Below, in pieces: positions 37,063 to 47,624 of a DNA stretch of 64,000 nucleotides (the first letter of the stretch is position 1; every line of letters begins with the position of its first letter). A program made the position numbers and the translations under genes. This stretch comes from Alkalispirochaeta sp. Its GTDB lineage: Bacteria > Spirochaetota > Spirochaetia > DSM-27196 > Alkalispirochaetaceae. The notes beneath the pieces were generated by a model. It was not told the DNA's origin. It saw only the letters and a program-made list of their open reading frames with translations, and did no database searches. The stretch spans positions 77,100 to 141,099 of the forward strand of contig CBDESZ010000022.1 in the NCBI GenBank assembly GCA_965242725.1, written 5' to 3'.

Positions 37063-38811
37063 TTAAATAACCTCTTTGTTGTCCACTTTTGACTGAAGCA
37101 TCCGGGAGAACTCCTCAACGGCCATCGCATCGAGACGCTCTCCGGTGCGGGTACGGGCACTCACTGAACCGGCGGTCTGCTCGTTTTCACCGACCACCAG
37201 CATGTACGGCACCTTCTGGGTCTGCGCCGTCCGGATCTTGGCGTTCATACGGTTATCCGAGAGGTCGGCCTCCACGCGATACCCCTTTTCAAAGAGGGTC
37301 CGCGCAACCTCCGCCGCGTACTCTTCAAATGCCGGCGCCACCGGAATGACCACCGCCTGAACGGGTGCGAGCCAGACGGGAAAGGCGCCTCCGTAGTGTT
37401 CAATCAGGACACCGAAGAAGCGTTCAAGCGAACCCAGCAGGGCACGGTGTACCATATAGGGCCGTTTTTCCTGGCCGTCCTTGTCGACAAAGGTCATATC
37501 GAATCGCTCCGGCATGTTGAAGTCGAACTGAATGGTCGTCATTTGCCACTCCCGGCCCAGGGCATCCTCGATCTTCAGATCGATTTTGGGTCCGTAAAAA
37601 GCGCCGCCGCCCTCGTCGAGCTCGTACTCCATTCCCTCCGCGTCGAGCGCCTTTCTGAGGCTCTCCGTTGCGCGATCCCAGTCGGCGGGGTCGCCCACTG
37701 CCTTTTCCGGCCGGGTGGAGAGATACGCCTTGATTTTTTGGAAACCGAAGGCGTTCCACATGCGCATCGAAAACTGGAGGACTTCCAGAATTTCCCCCTC
37801 GATCTGGTCGGGGGTACAGAAGATATGGGCGTCGTCCTGGGTGAATCCCCGCACCCTGAGCAGGCCGTGAAGGACGCCCGAGCGTTCGTACCGGTAGACG
37901 GTACCGAGCTCACCCCATCGAAGGGGAAGATCCCGGTAGCTCCGCTTGTCGGTCTTGTAGATCATGATATGGAAGGGACAGTTCATCGGCTTTGTGTAGT
38001 AGTCGGCGTTGTCCAGCTCCATGGGAGAGTACATGTTTTCCTTGTAGAACCCGAGATGTCCCGAAGTTTCCCAGAGCCAGCTCTTCCCCACGTGGGGCGT
38101 ATAGAGCAGGTCGTACCCGCCTTTTCGGTGCTCCGCCCGCCAGAAATCCTCGATGGCGACGCGAATGCGGGATCCTTTGGGATGCCAGTAAATGAGGCCG
38201 CTTCCCGCTTCCTCGTGGGTGGAAAAGAGGTCCAGTGCCCGTCCAAGCTTGCGGTGATCCCGCTTTTCAACTTCAGCGAGCCAGTTCAAATGCTCCCGCA
38301 GCTCCTTGGGCGTCTCCCAGGCGGTGCCGTAAATGCGCTGCAGCATCGGCCGCTTCTCATCACCCCGCCAGTATGCGCCCGCCACGTTGAGCAGCTTGAA
38401 GGACTTGGGGTGGATATCCGCGGTACTCTCCACATGGGGCCCCTTGCAGAGGTCCACAAAGGTATCGACGGTATAGGTGGAGACCTCAACATCCTCGGGC
38501 AGATCATCGATGAGTTCGATCTTGAAGGGCTGGTCCCGGAATATCTCCCGCGCCTTCTCCTTGCCCACCACTTCCCGGGTCAGTTCATGTTTGCCCGTGA
38601 CGATTGTGCGCATTTTTTCTTCGATCTCTTCAAGATCTTCCGGTTTCAGGGACCTGGGCAGGTCGAAATCGTAGTAGAACCCGTTCTCTATGGGCGGACC
38701 AATGGCGATTTTTGCGTCCGGAAAGAGTTGCAGCACCGCCTCAGCCATGACGTGCGCCGTGGTGTGCCTAATTCGATAAAGTTTCTCGTCACGAGTCAGG
38801 GATTCTCCCAT
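37063..38811 (-). CDS. thrS: Threonine--tRNA ligase (no N-terminal TGS domain)
   Basis: RHTTAH, DLCKGPH, RDHRKLG, KPMNCP, RVRGFTQDDAH, FYGPKID, HRA..GS.ERF. Confidence 0.97.
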   Translation of the reverse strand: MGESLTRDEKLYRIRHTTAHVMAEAVLQLFPDAKIAIGPPIENGFYYDFDLPRSLKPEDLEEIEEKMRTIVTGKHELTREVVGKEKAREIFRDQPFKIELIDDLPEDVEVSTYTVDTFVDLCKGPHVESTADIHPKSFKLLNVAGAYWRGDEKRPMLQRIYGTAWETPKELREHLNWLAEVEKRDHRKLGRALDLFSTHEEAGSGLIYWHPKGSRIRVAIEDFWRAEHRKGGYDLLYTPHVGKSWLWETSGHLGFYKENMYSPMELDNADYYTKPMNCPFHIMIYKTDKRSYRDLPLRWGELGTVYRYERSGVLHGLLRVRGFTQDDAHIFCTPDQIEGEILEVLQFSMRMWNAFGFQKIKAYLSTRPEKAVGDPADWDRATESLRKALDAEGMEYELDEGGGAFYGPKIDLKIEDALGREWQMTTIQFDFNMPERFDMTFVDKDGQEKRPYMVHRALLGSLERFFGVLIEHYGGAFPVWLAPVQAVVIPVAPAFEEYAAEVARTLFEKGYRVEADLSDNRMNAKIRTAQTQKVPYMLVVGENEQTAGSVSARTRTGERLDAMAVEEFSRMLQSKVDNKEVI

Positions 38812-38835
38812 TGGTTAACCTCCACATAGTTTCGC

Positions 38836-39002
38836 GTGCCCCGCTGTTGCGGTACCCGAAATACCAAGAATATCCGGCTGACGCCGTCTATTTTTGTATG
38901 AGTATACCCTCCCGGTACATACCTCATGGAAATCTGACACTTCCGAGAAGGGACGCGCCCCGCCGACTTGCCTTTCCATGGGATATGAACAGAAGCGAGC
39001 AC
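38836..39002 (-). ncRNA. Structured thrS leader or ncRNA candidate
   Basis: 5' GTGCTCGC..CTGTT pairs with 3' AACAGCGGGGCAC; inner CATGGAAA/TTTCCATG stem; TTGACA-N17-TATGCC at 39035-39007. Confidence 0.45.
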
Positions 39003-39094
39003 CATAGGCATATCACCGGACGGCTCCCCTGTCAAGAAAGCGCGCCTCCTCGTCGGCGCCGTCACGTGTGCCCGGCCCCTGCCTGCTGCCCTCC

Positions 39095-41254
39095 CTACCG
39101 CCGGTCGAACCAGTCGGTCTGAAGGACAAGCATCGACCTGGCGGGGACGTCGAGACGCGTTCCCCCCGGTACCACATTCTCCGCTCCGGAATCGGGAAAA
39201 TCCCGGGGCGAGACCTGGGAGGTATCGAGAATACATCGCCACGAAAGTCCCCGCGGCGGGTCCGCTATGGTGAATGCCGTGTGATCACGCCCGGCGTTGA
39301 AAATAATGAAAAAGTCGTCGTCCACCCGTTCACCGGTGGACGCAAGTTCCGTACCGTCGATATAGACGGCGAAGGAAGAGCGGTCGAGCCCCCAGTCGAG
39401 GGGGCGCCCATCAGCGCCGTGCCATTCGATATCGGCCCGGGTGCTGCGGCTCGTATCACGACCGGTGTAAAAATCGGGGCGTCGAAAGACGGGATGGCGC
39501 CGGCGCAAGGCGATGAGCATGCGGGTGAAGCGAAAGACCTCGCCGTAGCGTTCCCCAAGGCGGTAGTCATTCCAGCTCAGTTCATTGTTCTGGCAGTAGG
39601 CGTTGTTGTTTCCCCGCTGGGTTCGGCCGAACTCATCTCCCGACAGAAGCATAGGGGTGCCAAGGGAGAGAATAAGCGTGGCGAGAAAGTTCTTCATTTG
39701 CCTGATCCGTACCGCCTGGATATCGGGGTCGGACGTTTCACCCTCAACTCCGTAGTTGAAGCTGTAGTTTCCGTTGTGGCCGTCCCGGTTTTCCTCTCCG
39801 TTTGCCTCGTTGTGTTTCTGGTTGTAGCTCACCAGATCACGCAGGGTAAATCCGTCATGGGCGGTGATGAAGTTGATACTGTGAAAGGGCGTCCGCCCGT
39901 CACGGTGGTACAGATCTGCGCTGCCGGCGAATCGCGTCGCCACGGAACCGACTGTGTTCTTATCGCCCCGCCAATAGCGCCGCACGTCGTCCCTGAACCG
40001 GTCGTTCCACTCCGCCCACCGCCCCTGGAAAGCGCCGACCTGATAGGCGCCACCGGCGTCCCACGCCTCGGCGATGATCTTCGTGTCCCGAAGGATGGGA
40101 TCTTCGGCTATTCGCTCCAGGATCGGCGCGTTGTCAAGCATCCGTCCCGCAGGGTCGCGGCCGAGTACGCTGCCCAGATCAAAGCGGAAGCCGTCCACGT
40201 GCATATCCACAACCCAGTAGTGGAGCGCTTCGGTGATGAGGGTCCGCATGACGGGATTATTGCAGTTGAGGGTGTTCCCGGTACCGGAGTAGTTGCGGTA
40301 GAAGCGCCTGTTTTCGTCGAGCATATAATAGGTCGTGTTGTCGATGCCGCGAAAACTGAGGGTGGGACCGAGCTCATTGCCCTCTCCTGAGTGGTTGAAA
40401 ACGACATCCAGTATCACTTCGATGCCGGCACGGTGGAACTCACGGACCATCTCCTTGAACTCCGTCACCTGTTCTCCAAGCGCTCCATCCGCGGCATAGG
40501 AACCCTTGGGTGCAAAGAACGCGATCGTGTTATAGCCCCAGTAGTTCGTGAGCCGTTCCCCGGTGAGCGGGTTGTGCCGGGGAACCTCAAACTCGTCAAA
40601 CTCCTGTACCGGAAGAAATTCCACACTCGTAATTCCCAGATCCTGCAAATAGGGAATCATCTCGACGGCGCCGCGGTAGGTGCCCGGGTGCCGCACCTCC
40701 GCGCTTGGGTGGGTCGACAATCCCCGAATGTGCGCCTCATAGATGATCGTCTCCCGCAGGGGATAGTTGAGGGGTCGGTCGCCCTCCCAATCAAAGGAGT
40801 CATCAATGACGATACACTTCGGAAGTTTTCCCGCGTCGCCGGAACCGCGAAATGAGAGGTCCCTGTCCTCCGCAGCAGTCTGATATCCCTGGGCTTCCGA
40901 GAGATCCCATCGAAAATCACCTGTCAGTGCTTTGGCGTAGGGGTCAAGAAGCATCCGGTACTTGTTGAAGCGCAGCCCCTTTTCCGGTGCAAAGGGGCCG
41001 TCGACACGGTATGCGTAGAGCGTTCCCACACCGAGACCGTATACCTCGATATGCCAGACGTCACCGGTACGGTGGCGGTCCGGCGTGAGTTCAAACTCCA
41101 TTGTCGGATAGGATGCGTCGGAGCGGTCGTATATCTGCAGCCACACCATCGTCGCGTTGCGGCTCACCAGGGAAAAGTGGGTCCCTTTACTGCTTAAGGT
41201 AGCTCCCAGAGGATACGGTTTTCCTGGTTGAACAAAGACGGCGGCTGACTCCAC
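39095..41254 (-). CDS. glgX: Glycogen debranching enzyme / isoamylase
   Basis: G.PYPLGA, DPYAKA, NYWGY, DVVFNH, DGFRFDL, AEAWD, INFITAHDGFTL.D, GNNNAYCQ. Confidence 0.95.
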   Translation of the reverse strand: MESAAVFVQPGKPYPLGATLSSKGTHFSLVSRNATMVWLQIYDRSDASYPTMEFELTPDRHRTGDVWHIEVYGLGVGTLYAYRVDGPFAPEKGLRFNKYRMLLDPYAKALTGDFRWDLSEAQGYQTAAEDRDLSFRGSGDAGKLPKCIVIDDSFDWEGDRPLNYPLRETIIYEAHIRGLSTHPSAEVRHPGTYRGAVEMIPYLQDLGITSVEFLPVQEFDEFEVPRHNPLTGERLTNYWGYNTIAFFAPKGSYAADGALGEQVTEFKEMVREFHRAGIEVILDVVFNHSGEGNELGPTLSFRGIDNTTYYMLDENRRFYRNYSGTGNTLNCNNPVMRTLITEALHYWVVDMHVDGFRFDLGSVLGRDPAGRMLDNAPILERIAEDPILRDTKIIAEAWDAGGAYQVGAFQGRWAEWNDRFRDDVRRYWRGDKNTVGSVATRFAGSADLYHRDGRTPFHSINFITAHDGFTLRDLVSYNQKHNEANGEENRDGHNGNYSFNYGVEGETSDPDIQAVRIRQMKNFLATLILSLGTPMLLSGDEFGRTQRGNNNAYCQNNELSWNDYRLGERYGEVFRFTRMLIALRRRHPVFRRPDFYTGRDTSRSTRADIEWHGADGRPLDWGLDRSSFAVYIDGTELASTGERVDDDFFIIFNAGRDHTAFTIADPPRGLSWRCILDTSQVSPRDFPDSGAENVVPGGTRLDVPARSMLVLQTDWFDRR

Positions 41255-41275
41255 GATGGTCGATTATACTACACC

Positions 41276-42091
41276 CTATCGGAGATGACCGAGTACCAGC
41301 TGAAGAAAACGTTCTTTCTCTTCCACGTGGAGCCAGTGTCCCGCCTCCTGAATGGTCTCATAACTGACGTCGGGAAAATGGCGGGAGAAGAGTGACCGGT
41401 CGTCGTCCGCCACGTAGGTTGAGGCGCCGCCGGCGATAACCGCGACGGGCCCTTCGTACCGCTCATCACGGTAGGGCCAGTCGGTGATGTCGGGATACCC
41501 CGCCCGTATGCCCTCGAGATCAAGCTGCCAGCGATATCCGCTATCGCCGGAAACAAGGCTTTTCAGCAGAAAGAGCCGTACCGCTTTTTCAGGAATGTCT
41601 TCCGCCATGAGACGCTCGGCGGCGCTCCTGTTTTCCGGTGCCGCCCCGGCGACGCGCTCCATGGCGCGAAAGATCGTGTCGTGTCGCGGGGGATACCGCT
41701 TCGGTGAGATGTCGGCGACGATCAGGGAAGAAAGGGCGGCCGGTCGGGAAAGTGCCATGGCCATCGCCACTTTACCACCCATTGAGTGGCCGAGAAGCGA
41801 AACGGGAGCACCTTCGCTGCCGTAACCCAGCTCTTCAAGGGCATTCCACATCGTCTCACTGAGCATCTGATAGGTGAAAGAATCGATCGAACGGGAGCTC
41901 CCGTGTCCGGGCAGGTCGGGAAGAAGGACGGTCCGGGAGGATGAAAGGGCGCGACCGTGGGAACGCCAGTTATCGCCGGAACCAAACAGACCGTGAAGGA
42001 CGACGAGCGGCATCGATGCATCGCTGCCGCTCCGGACGTGCTCCTCCGATGACTCGGTCAGCACACGCCAGAATACGCCGCCGGCTTCCAC
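41276..42091 (-). CDS. Alpha/beta hydrolase (YbfF-like esterase)
   Basis: HGLFGS..NW, GHSMGGK, AGHWLH.E. Confidence 0.9.
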   Translation of the reverse strand: MEAGGVFWRVLTESSEEHVRSGSDASMPLVVLHGLFGSGDNWRSHGRALSSSRTVLLPDLPGHGSSRSIDSFTYQMLSETMWNALEELGYGSEGAPVSLLGHSMGGKVAMAMALSRPAALSSLIVADISPKRYPPRHDTIFRAMERVAGAAPENRSAAERLMAEDIPEKAVRLFLLKSLVSGDSGYRWQLDLEGIRAGYPDITDWPYRDERYEGPVAVIAGGASTYVADDDRSLFSRHFPDVSYETIQEAGHWLHVEEKERFLQLVLGHLR

Positions 42092-42111
42092 GGTCCGTTC
42101 GTCAGTTGAGT

Positions 42112-43209
42112 TTACCGTGTCTTCTTACCCCGTTTTTTGCTGCGCTTCTGTGCGATTGCGCGCTTGGTTGCCTCCACCTCGGCGGAGGTGGGACCCGCAT
42201 CCTTTGTCGAGGAGCTTTTGGCCCCCCCTTCGGATTTTGCGGATGCTGCGGCGGCGTCCGACGATTTGACGGTGGCACCTTTGTGATACCGTTCAATGTC
42301 ACGCCGTTTTCTCCGTGCCACTGCGCCGTTATGCCATGCCAGAAGAACGGGCGAGGCGACAAAGACGGAGGAGTAGGTACCGACGACCACACCGATGATC
42401 AGTTTCAGGGCAAAGAGCTGTATCTGACCGGTGCTGAAAATATAGATCGCCGCGACCGCAAGAAGCGTTGTCAGCGATGTGATGAGGGTACGGCTCAGAC
42501 TCTGGGTGATGCTCGTGTTGATCACCGACCGGAAGGAGCTGTCCCGCAGAAGAACTTCGTTTTCCCTGATACGGTCAAAAATGACGATCGTGTCGTTCAG
42601 GGAGTATCCGATAATCGTCAGAACCGCGGCGATCGAGGCAGTCGAAACTTCAAGCTGCAGCGTCCCGATGACACCCAGGATAATGAGAACGTCGTGTACC
42701 AGCGCGGTAATCGATGCCAGGGCATATCCCAGACGGAAACGAAACCACAGATAGGCGAGAATCAGGAGCAGTGCAAAGACGGTGAGATATACCGCCTGGC
42801 TGGTCAGGTCCTCGGAAAAACGCGGTCCCACATAGGAGGCCTGAAGTTCTTCGATCCGGGAGCCCGAAAACGCGCTGCCCAGAGAATCGAGAATCTCCGC
42901 GCTTGCCACCTGTTCAAAATTGTCGATGCTCCCGTCGTCGCGCACACGGATGACAAACTGGTTGTCCTCCGCGTCACCGAGGCGCTGGATCTGCGCGCCG
43001 TCGTACTGATCCAGGGCGGAGCGTACGTCTTCGACCTGCACGTCTCCTGCACCTGAAATCTCGACGGTCAGATTCAGACCGGCCTCAAAATCTATGCCCA
43101 GGTTGAAACCACCCTGAGCCACCGTACCGGCGATACCGCCGACAATAACCAGGGCGGAAATGACGAGCATCACCACCCGGGATTTCATGAAGTCGAATAC
43201 TCGTTTCAT
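42112..43209 (-). CDS. secF: Protein translocase subunit SecF
   Basis: GIDFEAG, VGP, HDV, GYSLNDTIVIFDRIREN, GTYSS.F.A. Confidence 0.95.
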   Translation of the reverse strand: MKRVFDFMKSRVVMLVISALVIVGGIAGTVAQGGFNLGIDFEAGLNLTVEISGAGDVQVEDVRSALDQYDGAQIQRLGDAEDNQFVIRVRDDGSIDNFEQVASAEILDSLGSAFSGSRIEELQASYVGPRFSEDLTSQAVYLTVFALLLILAYLWFRFRLGYALASITALVHDVLIILGVIGTLQLEVSTASIAAVLTIIGYSLNDTIVIFDRIRENEVLLRDSSFRSVINTSITQSLSRTLITSLTTLLAVAAIYIFSTGQIQLFALKLIIGVVVGTYSSVFVASPVLLAWHNGAVARRKRRDIERYHKGATVKSSDAAAASAKSEGGAKSSSTKDAGPTSAEVEATKRAIAQKRSKKRGKKTR

Positions 43210-44930
43210 GCCTTCCTCCAGGCGATGCTGAGCTTGCTGCGTTTGAGCGTTTCCGTACTGAAGTCAAAGAAGAGCCGGGTGACCACCAGCGCGGTAAACA
43301 TGGACGAGACGATACCGACGGCCAGTGTGACGGCAAAACCCTGAATCGGTCCCGTTCCCAATTGCGAGAGGAACAGTGCAGCGATAAAGGTGGTGATATT
43401 GGCGTCCATGACGGTCCAGAATGCCTTCTGAAAACCCGCCGTGACCGACGCTCGGGCACCTTTTCCGAGACTGTACTCTTCCTTGATACGTTCAAAGATA
43501 ATGACGTTGGCGTCAACTGCCATACCGACGGTCAGGATAATACCGGCGATACTGGTCAACGTCAGCGTGAGATTGAATGCCGACAGAATGGCGACGATGA
43601 AAAAGAGGTTGAGAATCAGCGCCACGTCCGCAACAAGCCCGGCACCTTTATAGTAAATGAACATGAAGACGACGATCAGAATGAACCCGAGGGCCACCGA
43701 ACGCAGTCCCACGTCGATTGCCCGTTCACCCAGCGTCGCTCCCACGACCTGCTGGTTGACGATCTCCAGATCGACGGGCAGCGCCGCGGTCCTCAGGACT
43801 AGGGCGATATTGGACGCCTCTTCATTGCTGAAGCCGGTGATCCGCACCTGACCGGTGGGAATCTCCTCCTGAATACGCGCGTAGGCGCGAACCTTGTCGT
43901 CCATGACGATGGCGAGGGAGCTGCCCACATTGTCCCGGGTCAGTCCGGCAAAGATGTCTGAACCCTGGCCGTCAAGGACAAAGTTGACCGTCGGCTGATT
44001 TGTCAGGGGATCGCGGGCAACCTGGGCGTCCTGAATGTGCGCACCGTCGAGACCGTACTGGTCGATATCTTCATAGATGGCGATCCACCGCACCCGCTCG
44101 TCGATACCGTATTCGTCACGGGTCACATATTCCCGAACCACCGTACCGGCGGGTATGAAATCGGGAGTACCGTCGATTTCGGGCGACCATCCGGGGTTTC
44201 TGTTCTGCAGCTCGATGAGCTGCGAAGTCGCCTCGTCATTGACTATGTGAAAGTTCAGGCTTCCCCGGCCGAGGAGAAAGGAGTTTACCCGCTCACGGTC
44301 ATTGTCGCCGGGAATCTCAATGAGAATCTGATTGTTGTCGCTTGTACGGATCTGCGGCTCGGTAACGCCGAAGCGGTCGATCCTGTTGCGAATGATCTCC
44401 ACCGCCAGGTTGACGGCGTCATCCATTTGCGCCTGCGAGGGCTCCTCGCCCAGTCGCTCCGCAAGACTCTCCCGGTCCGCTTCAAGGGTGACGCTGATAC
44501 CGCCTGAAAGGTCCAGACCGAGCTGGACGATCCGTTCTTTCATTTCTTTCAATACAAGAACTTCGTTACGGTAGTGCTGTTCAAGCGTATCAAAGGCCTC
44601 ATTCTGGTCCCTGAAGGCGCGGAGCACATCTGCCGCACCCCATTGTGAGGGAATGTCCTCACCGGTCATCTCCAGATTTTCCTTCGCCGTTTCGGTGAGG
44701 AACGAGTACTTCGCCGGCAGCGCTTCTTCAGCGGCGGCGGCGGCACGCAATTCATCGAGGGCGACGCGAGCTTCACCTCGCGCCCAGTCCCGGATTTCGA
44801 TACGAGAACTCTGGGCCAGCAGCTTTTGGTCTTCCGGTATAAAAAAATACCACCGAACGGTCGGTAATATCGCCGTCACGCCAAAAGCCACCAACGCCAG
44901 AATGATCAACAGACGTAGTCTTTTAGTCAT
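43206..44930 (-). CDS. secD: Protein translocase subunit SecD
   Basis: LGLDLSGG, RIDRFGVTEP, LAIVMD, GMAVDANVIIFERIKEE, DANITT. Confidence 0.95.
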   Translation of the reverse strand: MTKRLRLLIILALVAFGVTAILPTVRWYFFIPEDQKLLAQSSRIEIRDWARGEARVALDELRAAAAAEEALPAKYSFLTETAKENLEMTGEDIPSQWGAADVLRAFRDQNEAFDTLEQHYRNEVLVLKEMKERIVQLGLDLSGGISVTLEADRESLAERLGEEPSQAQMDDAVNLAVEIIRNRIDRFGVTEPQIRTSDNNQILIEIPGDNDRERVNSFLLGRGSLNFHIVNDEATSQLIELQNRNPGWSPEIDGTPDFIPAGTVVREYVTRDEYGIDERVRWIAIYEDIDQYGLDGAHIQDAQVARDPLTNQPTVNFVLDGQGSDIFAGLTRDNVGSSLAIVMDDKVRAYARIQEEIPTGQVRITGFSNEEASNIALVLRTAALPVDLEIVNQQVVGATLGERAIDVGLRSVALGFILIVVFMFIYYKGAGLVADVALILNLFFIVAILSAFNLTLTLTSIAGIILTVGMAVDANVIIFERIKEEYSLGKGARASVTAGFQKAFWTVMDANITTFIAALFLSQLGTGPIQGFAVTLAVGIVSSMFTALVVTRLFFDFSTETLKRSKLSIAWRKA

Positions 44931-44957
44931 TCATTAACTCCGATGGGAGACGTTTGC

Positions 44958-45353
44958 TCAGTTTTTACCGGAATCGTCGTTTGCCGATTCATCGGCAACT
45001 TCAGTCTTGGATTCCCCAGCCTTCTTATCCAGAATCGAGCTGATCGCGCTCCGTGAAAACTGCATCTTCGTGCTGTCGTCGACCTTGAGAACCACCACGT
45101 CATCCTTTAAGGAAAAGACGGTTCCCCGTATTCCGCCGATCGTTACCACCCGGTCACCCTTCTTGAGAGCGGCGAGCATCTGTTTTGTCTCTTTTTGCCG
45201 TTTATTCTGGGGTCGAATAATGAGGAAATAGAAAATCGCGAAAACGAGACCGAAGGTTACCAGTGTGGGGGCAACCGATGCAGGTCCCGATGCCGCAGCG
45301 CCGCCTGCCGGCGCACCCATGAGTAACGGCAACTCCTGAAGAATATTCATCAT
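44958..45353 (-). CDS. yajC: Preprotein translocase subunit YajC
   Basis: FYFLIIRPQ.K, LKKGD.V.TIGGI.G; upstream of secD. Confidence 0.95.
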   Translation of the reverse strand: MMNILQELPLLMGAPAGGAAASGPASVAPTLVTFGLVFAIFYFLIIRPQNKRQKETKQMLAALKKGDRVVTIGGIRGTVFSLKDDVVVLKVDDSTKMQFSRSAISSILDKKAGESKTEVADESANDDSGKN

Positions 45354-45388
45354 CTACGTGTCCTTTATAATCTGAAAAATCGTTGGCT

Positions 45389-45417
45389 ACGGTACCACGC
45401 ACGCGGTAGCGGGTCAA
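45389..45417 (-). promoter_or_regulatory. sigma70-type promoter of yajC-secDF
   Basis: TTGACC-N17-TACCGT on the minus strand. Confidence 0.45.
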
Positions 45418-45443
45418 GTTGGACCGTCTCGAATCGCGTCACC

Positions 45444-45740
45444 TCACGACACAATGGAGACTTTCGTCACCGATTCGGGTATTTCAAAGACCCCGTACAT
45501 TCGCTGCAGCGCCTCCGGCGAGGACGCGTCGATTCCCGTCGCGGCGATATAGTCGGGGAAGAACGTTTCCAGTTCGCCGTCATAGAGGGCGGCACAAAAA
45601 GCCGGTCTGTACAACCCCTCTTTGAGCAGCTCCCCGGCACTCATCGATCCATACCGCTTGCGTGCTTTCCCGTCGACCACGGCCGTGTCGCCCTGATACC
45701 CGATGGTAAAAATAAAATCGCTTCGTTTCATTTCCGCCAT
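45444..45740 (-). CDS. Small hypothetical protein
   Basis: 98 aa with a globular-looking sequence and a GGAGG RBS upstream. Confidence 0.7.
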   Translation of the reverse strand: MAEMKRSDFIFTIGYQGDTAVVDGKARKRYGSMSAGELLKEGLYRPAFCAALYDGELETFFPDYIAATGIDASSPEALQRMYGVFEIPESVTKVSIVS

Positions 45741-45787
45741 TCTCTGATTCCTCCGTTATCGCCGCCGCCGGCACGCGCAAAAGCGCC

Positions 45788-45817
45788 AAAAAAAGGCGGG
45801 GTATGGAAACCCCGCCT
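45788..45817 (-). terminator. Intrinsic terminator of groL
   Basis: AGGCGGGGT-TTCCAT-ACCCCGCC followed by T7 on the minus strand. Confidence 0.85.
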
Positions 45818-45849
45818 CATACTACCATACGTTGGCGTGACGGCGTCGA

Positions 45850-47550
<1,701 letters not shown>

Positions 47551-47579
47551 TTACGCGTCCATCTGACGCGCTGGCAAAG

Positions 47580-47608
47580 ATACAAATGTTTTTCCGAATC
47601 ATCAACTG
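47580..47608 (-). promoter_or_regulatory. sigma70-type promoter of groL
   Basis: Minus strand TTGATG-N17-TATCTT; coordinates approximate. Confidence 0.45.
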
Positions 47609-47624
47609 ATTTTTTCAAATTAAT

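Noticed and set aside
37063..38811. Short ThrRS lacking the TGS domain as a truncation
   Set aside because: It has a good RBS and intact editing and catalytic motifs. Short ThrRS forms are known.
37396..38829. Long antisense ORFs (also 39068-40390, 46324-47628, 29252-30520, 30578-31897, 54060-55280, 50234-51403)
   Set aside because: They mirror well-conserved genes, have no motifs of their own, and are expected from GC-biased codon usage.
38846..38860. GGTACCGC in the thrS leader as a T-box
   Set aside because: It reads GGGUACC, not the invariant UGGNACC bulge, and no terminator/antiterminator pair is evident.
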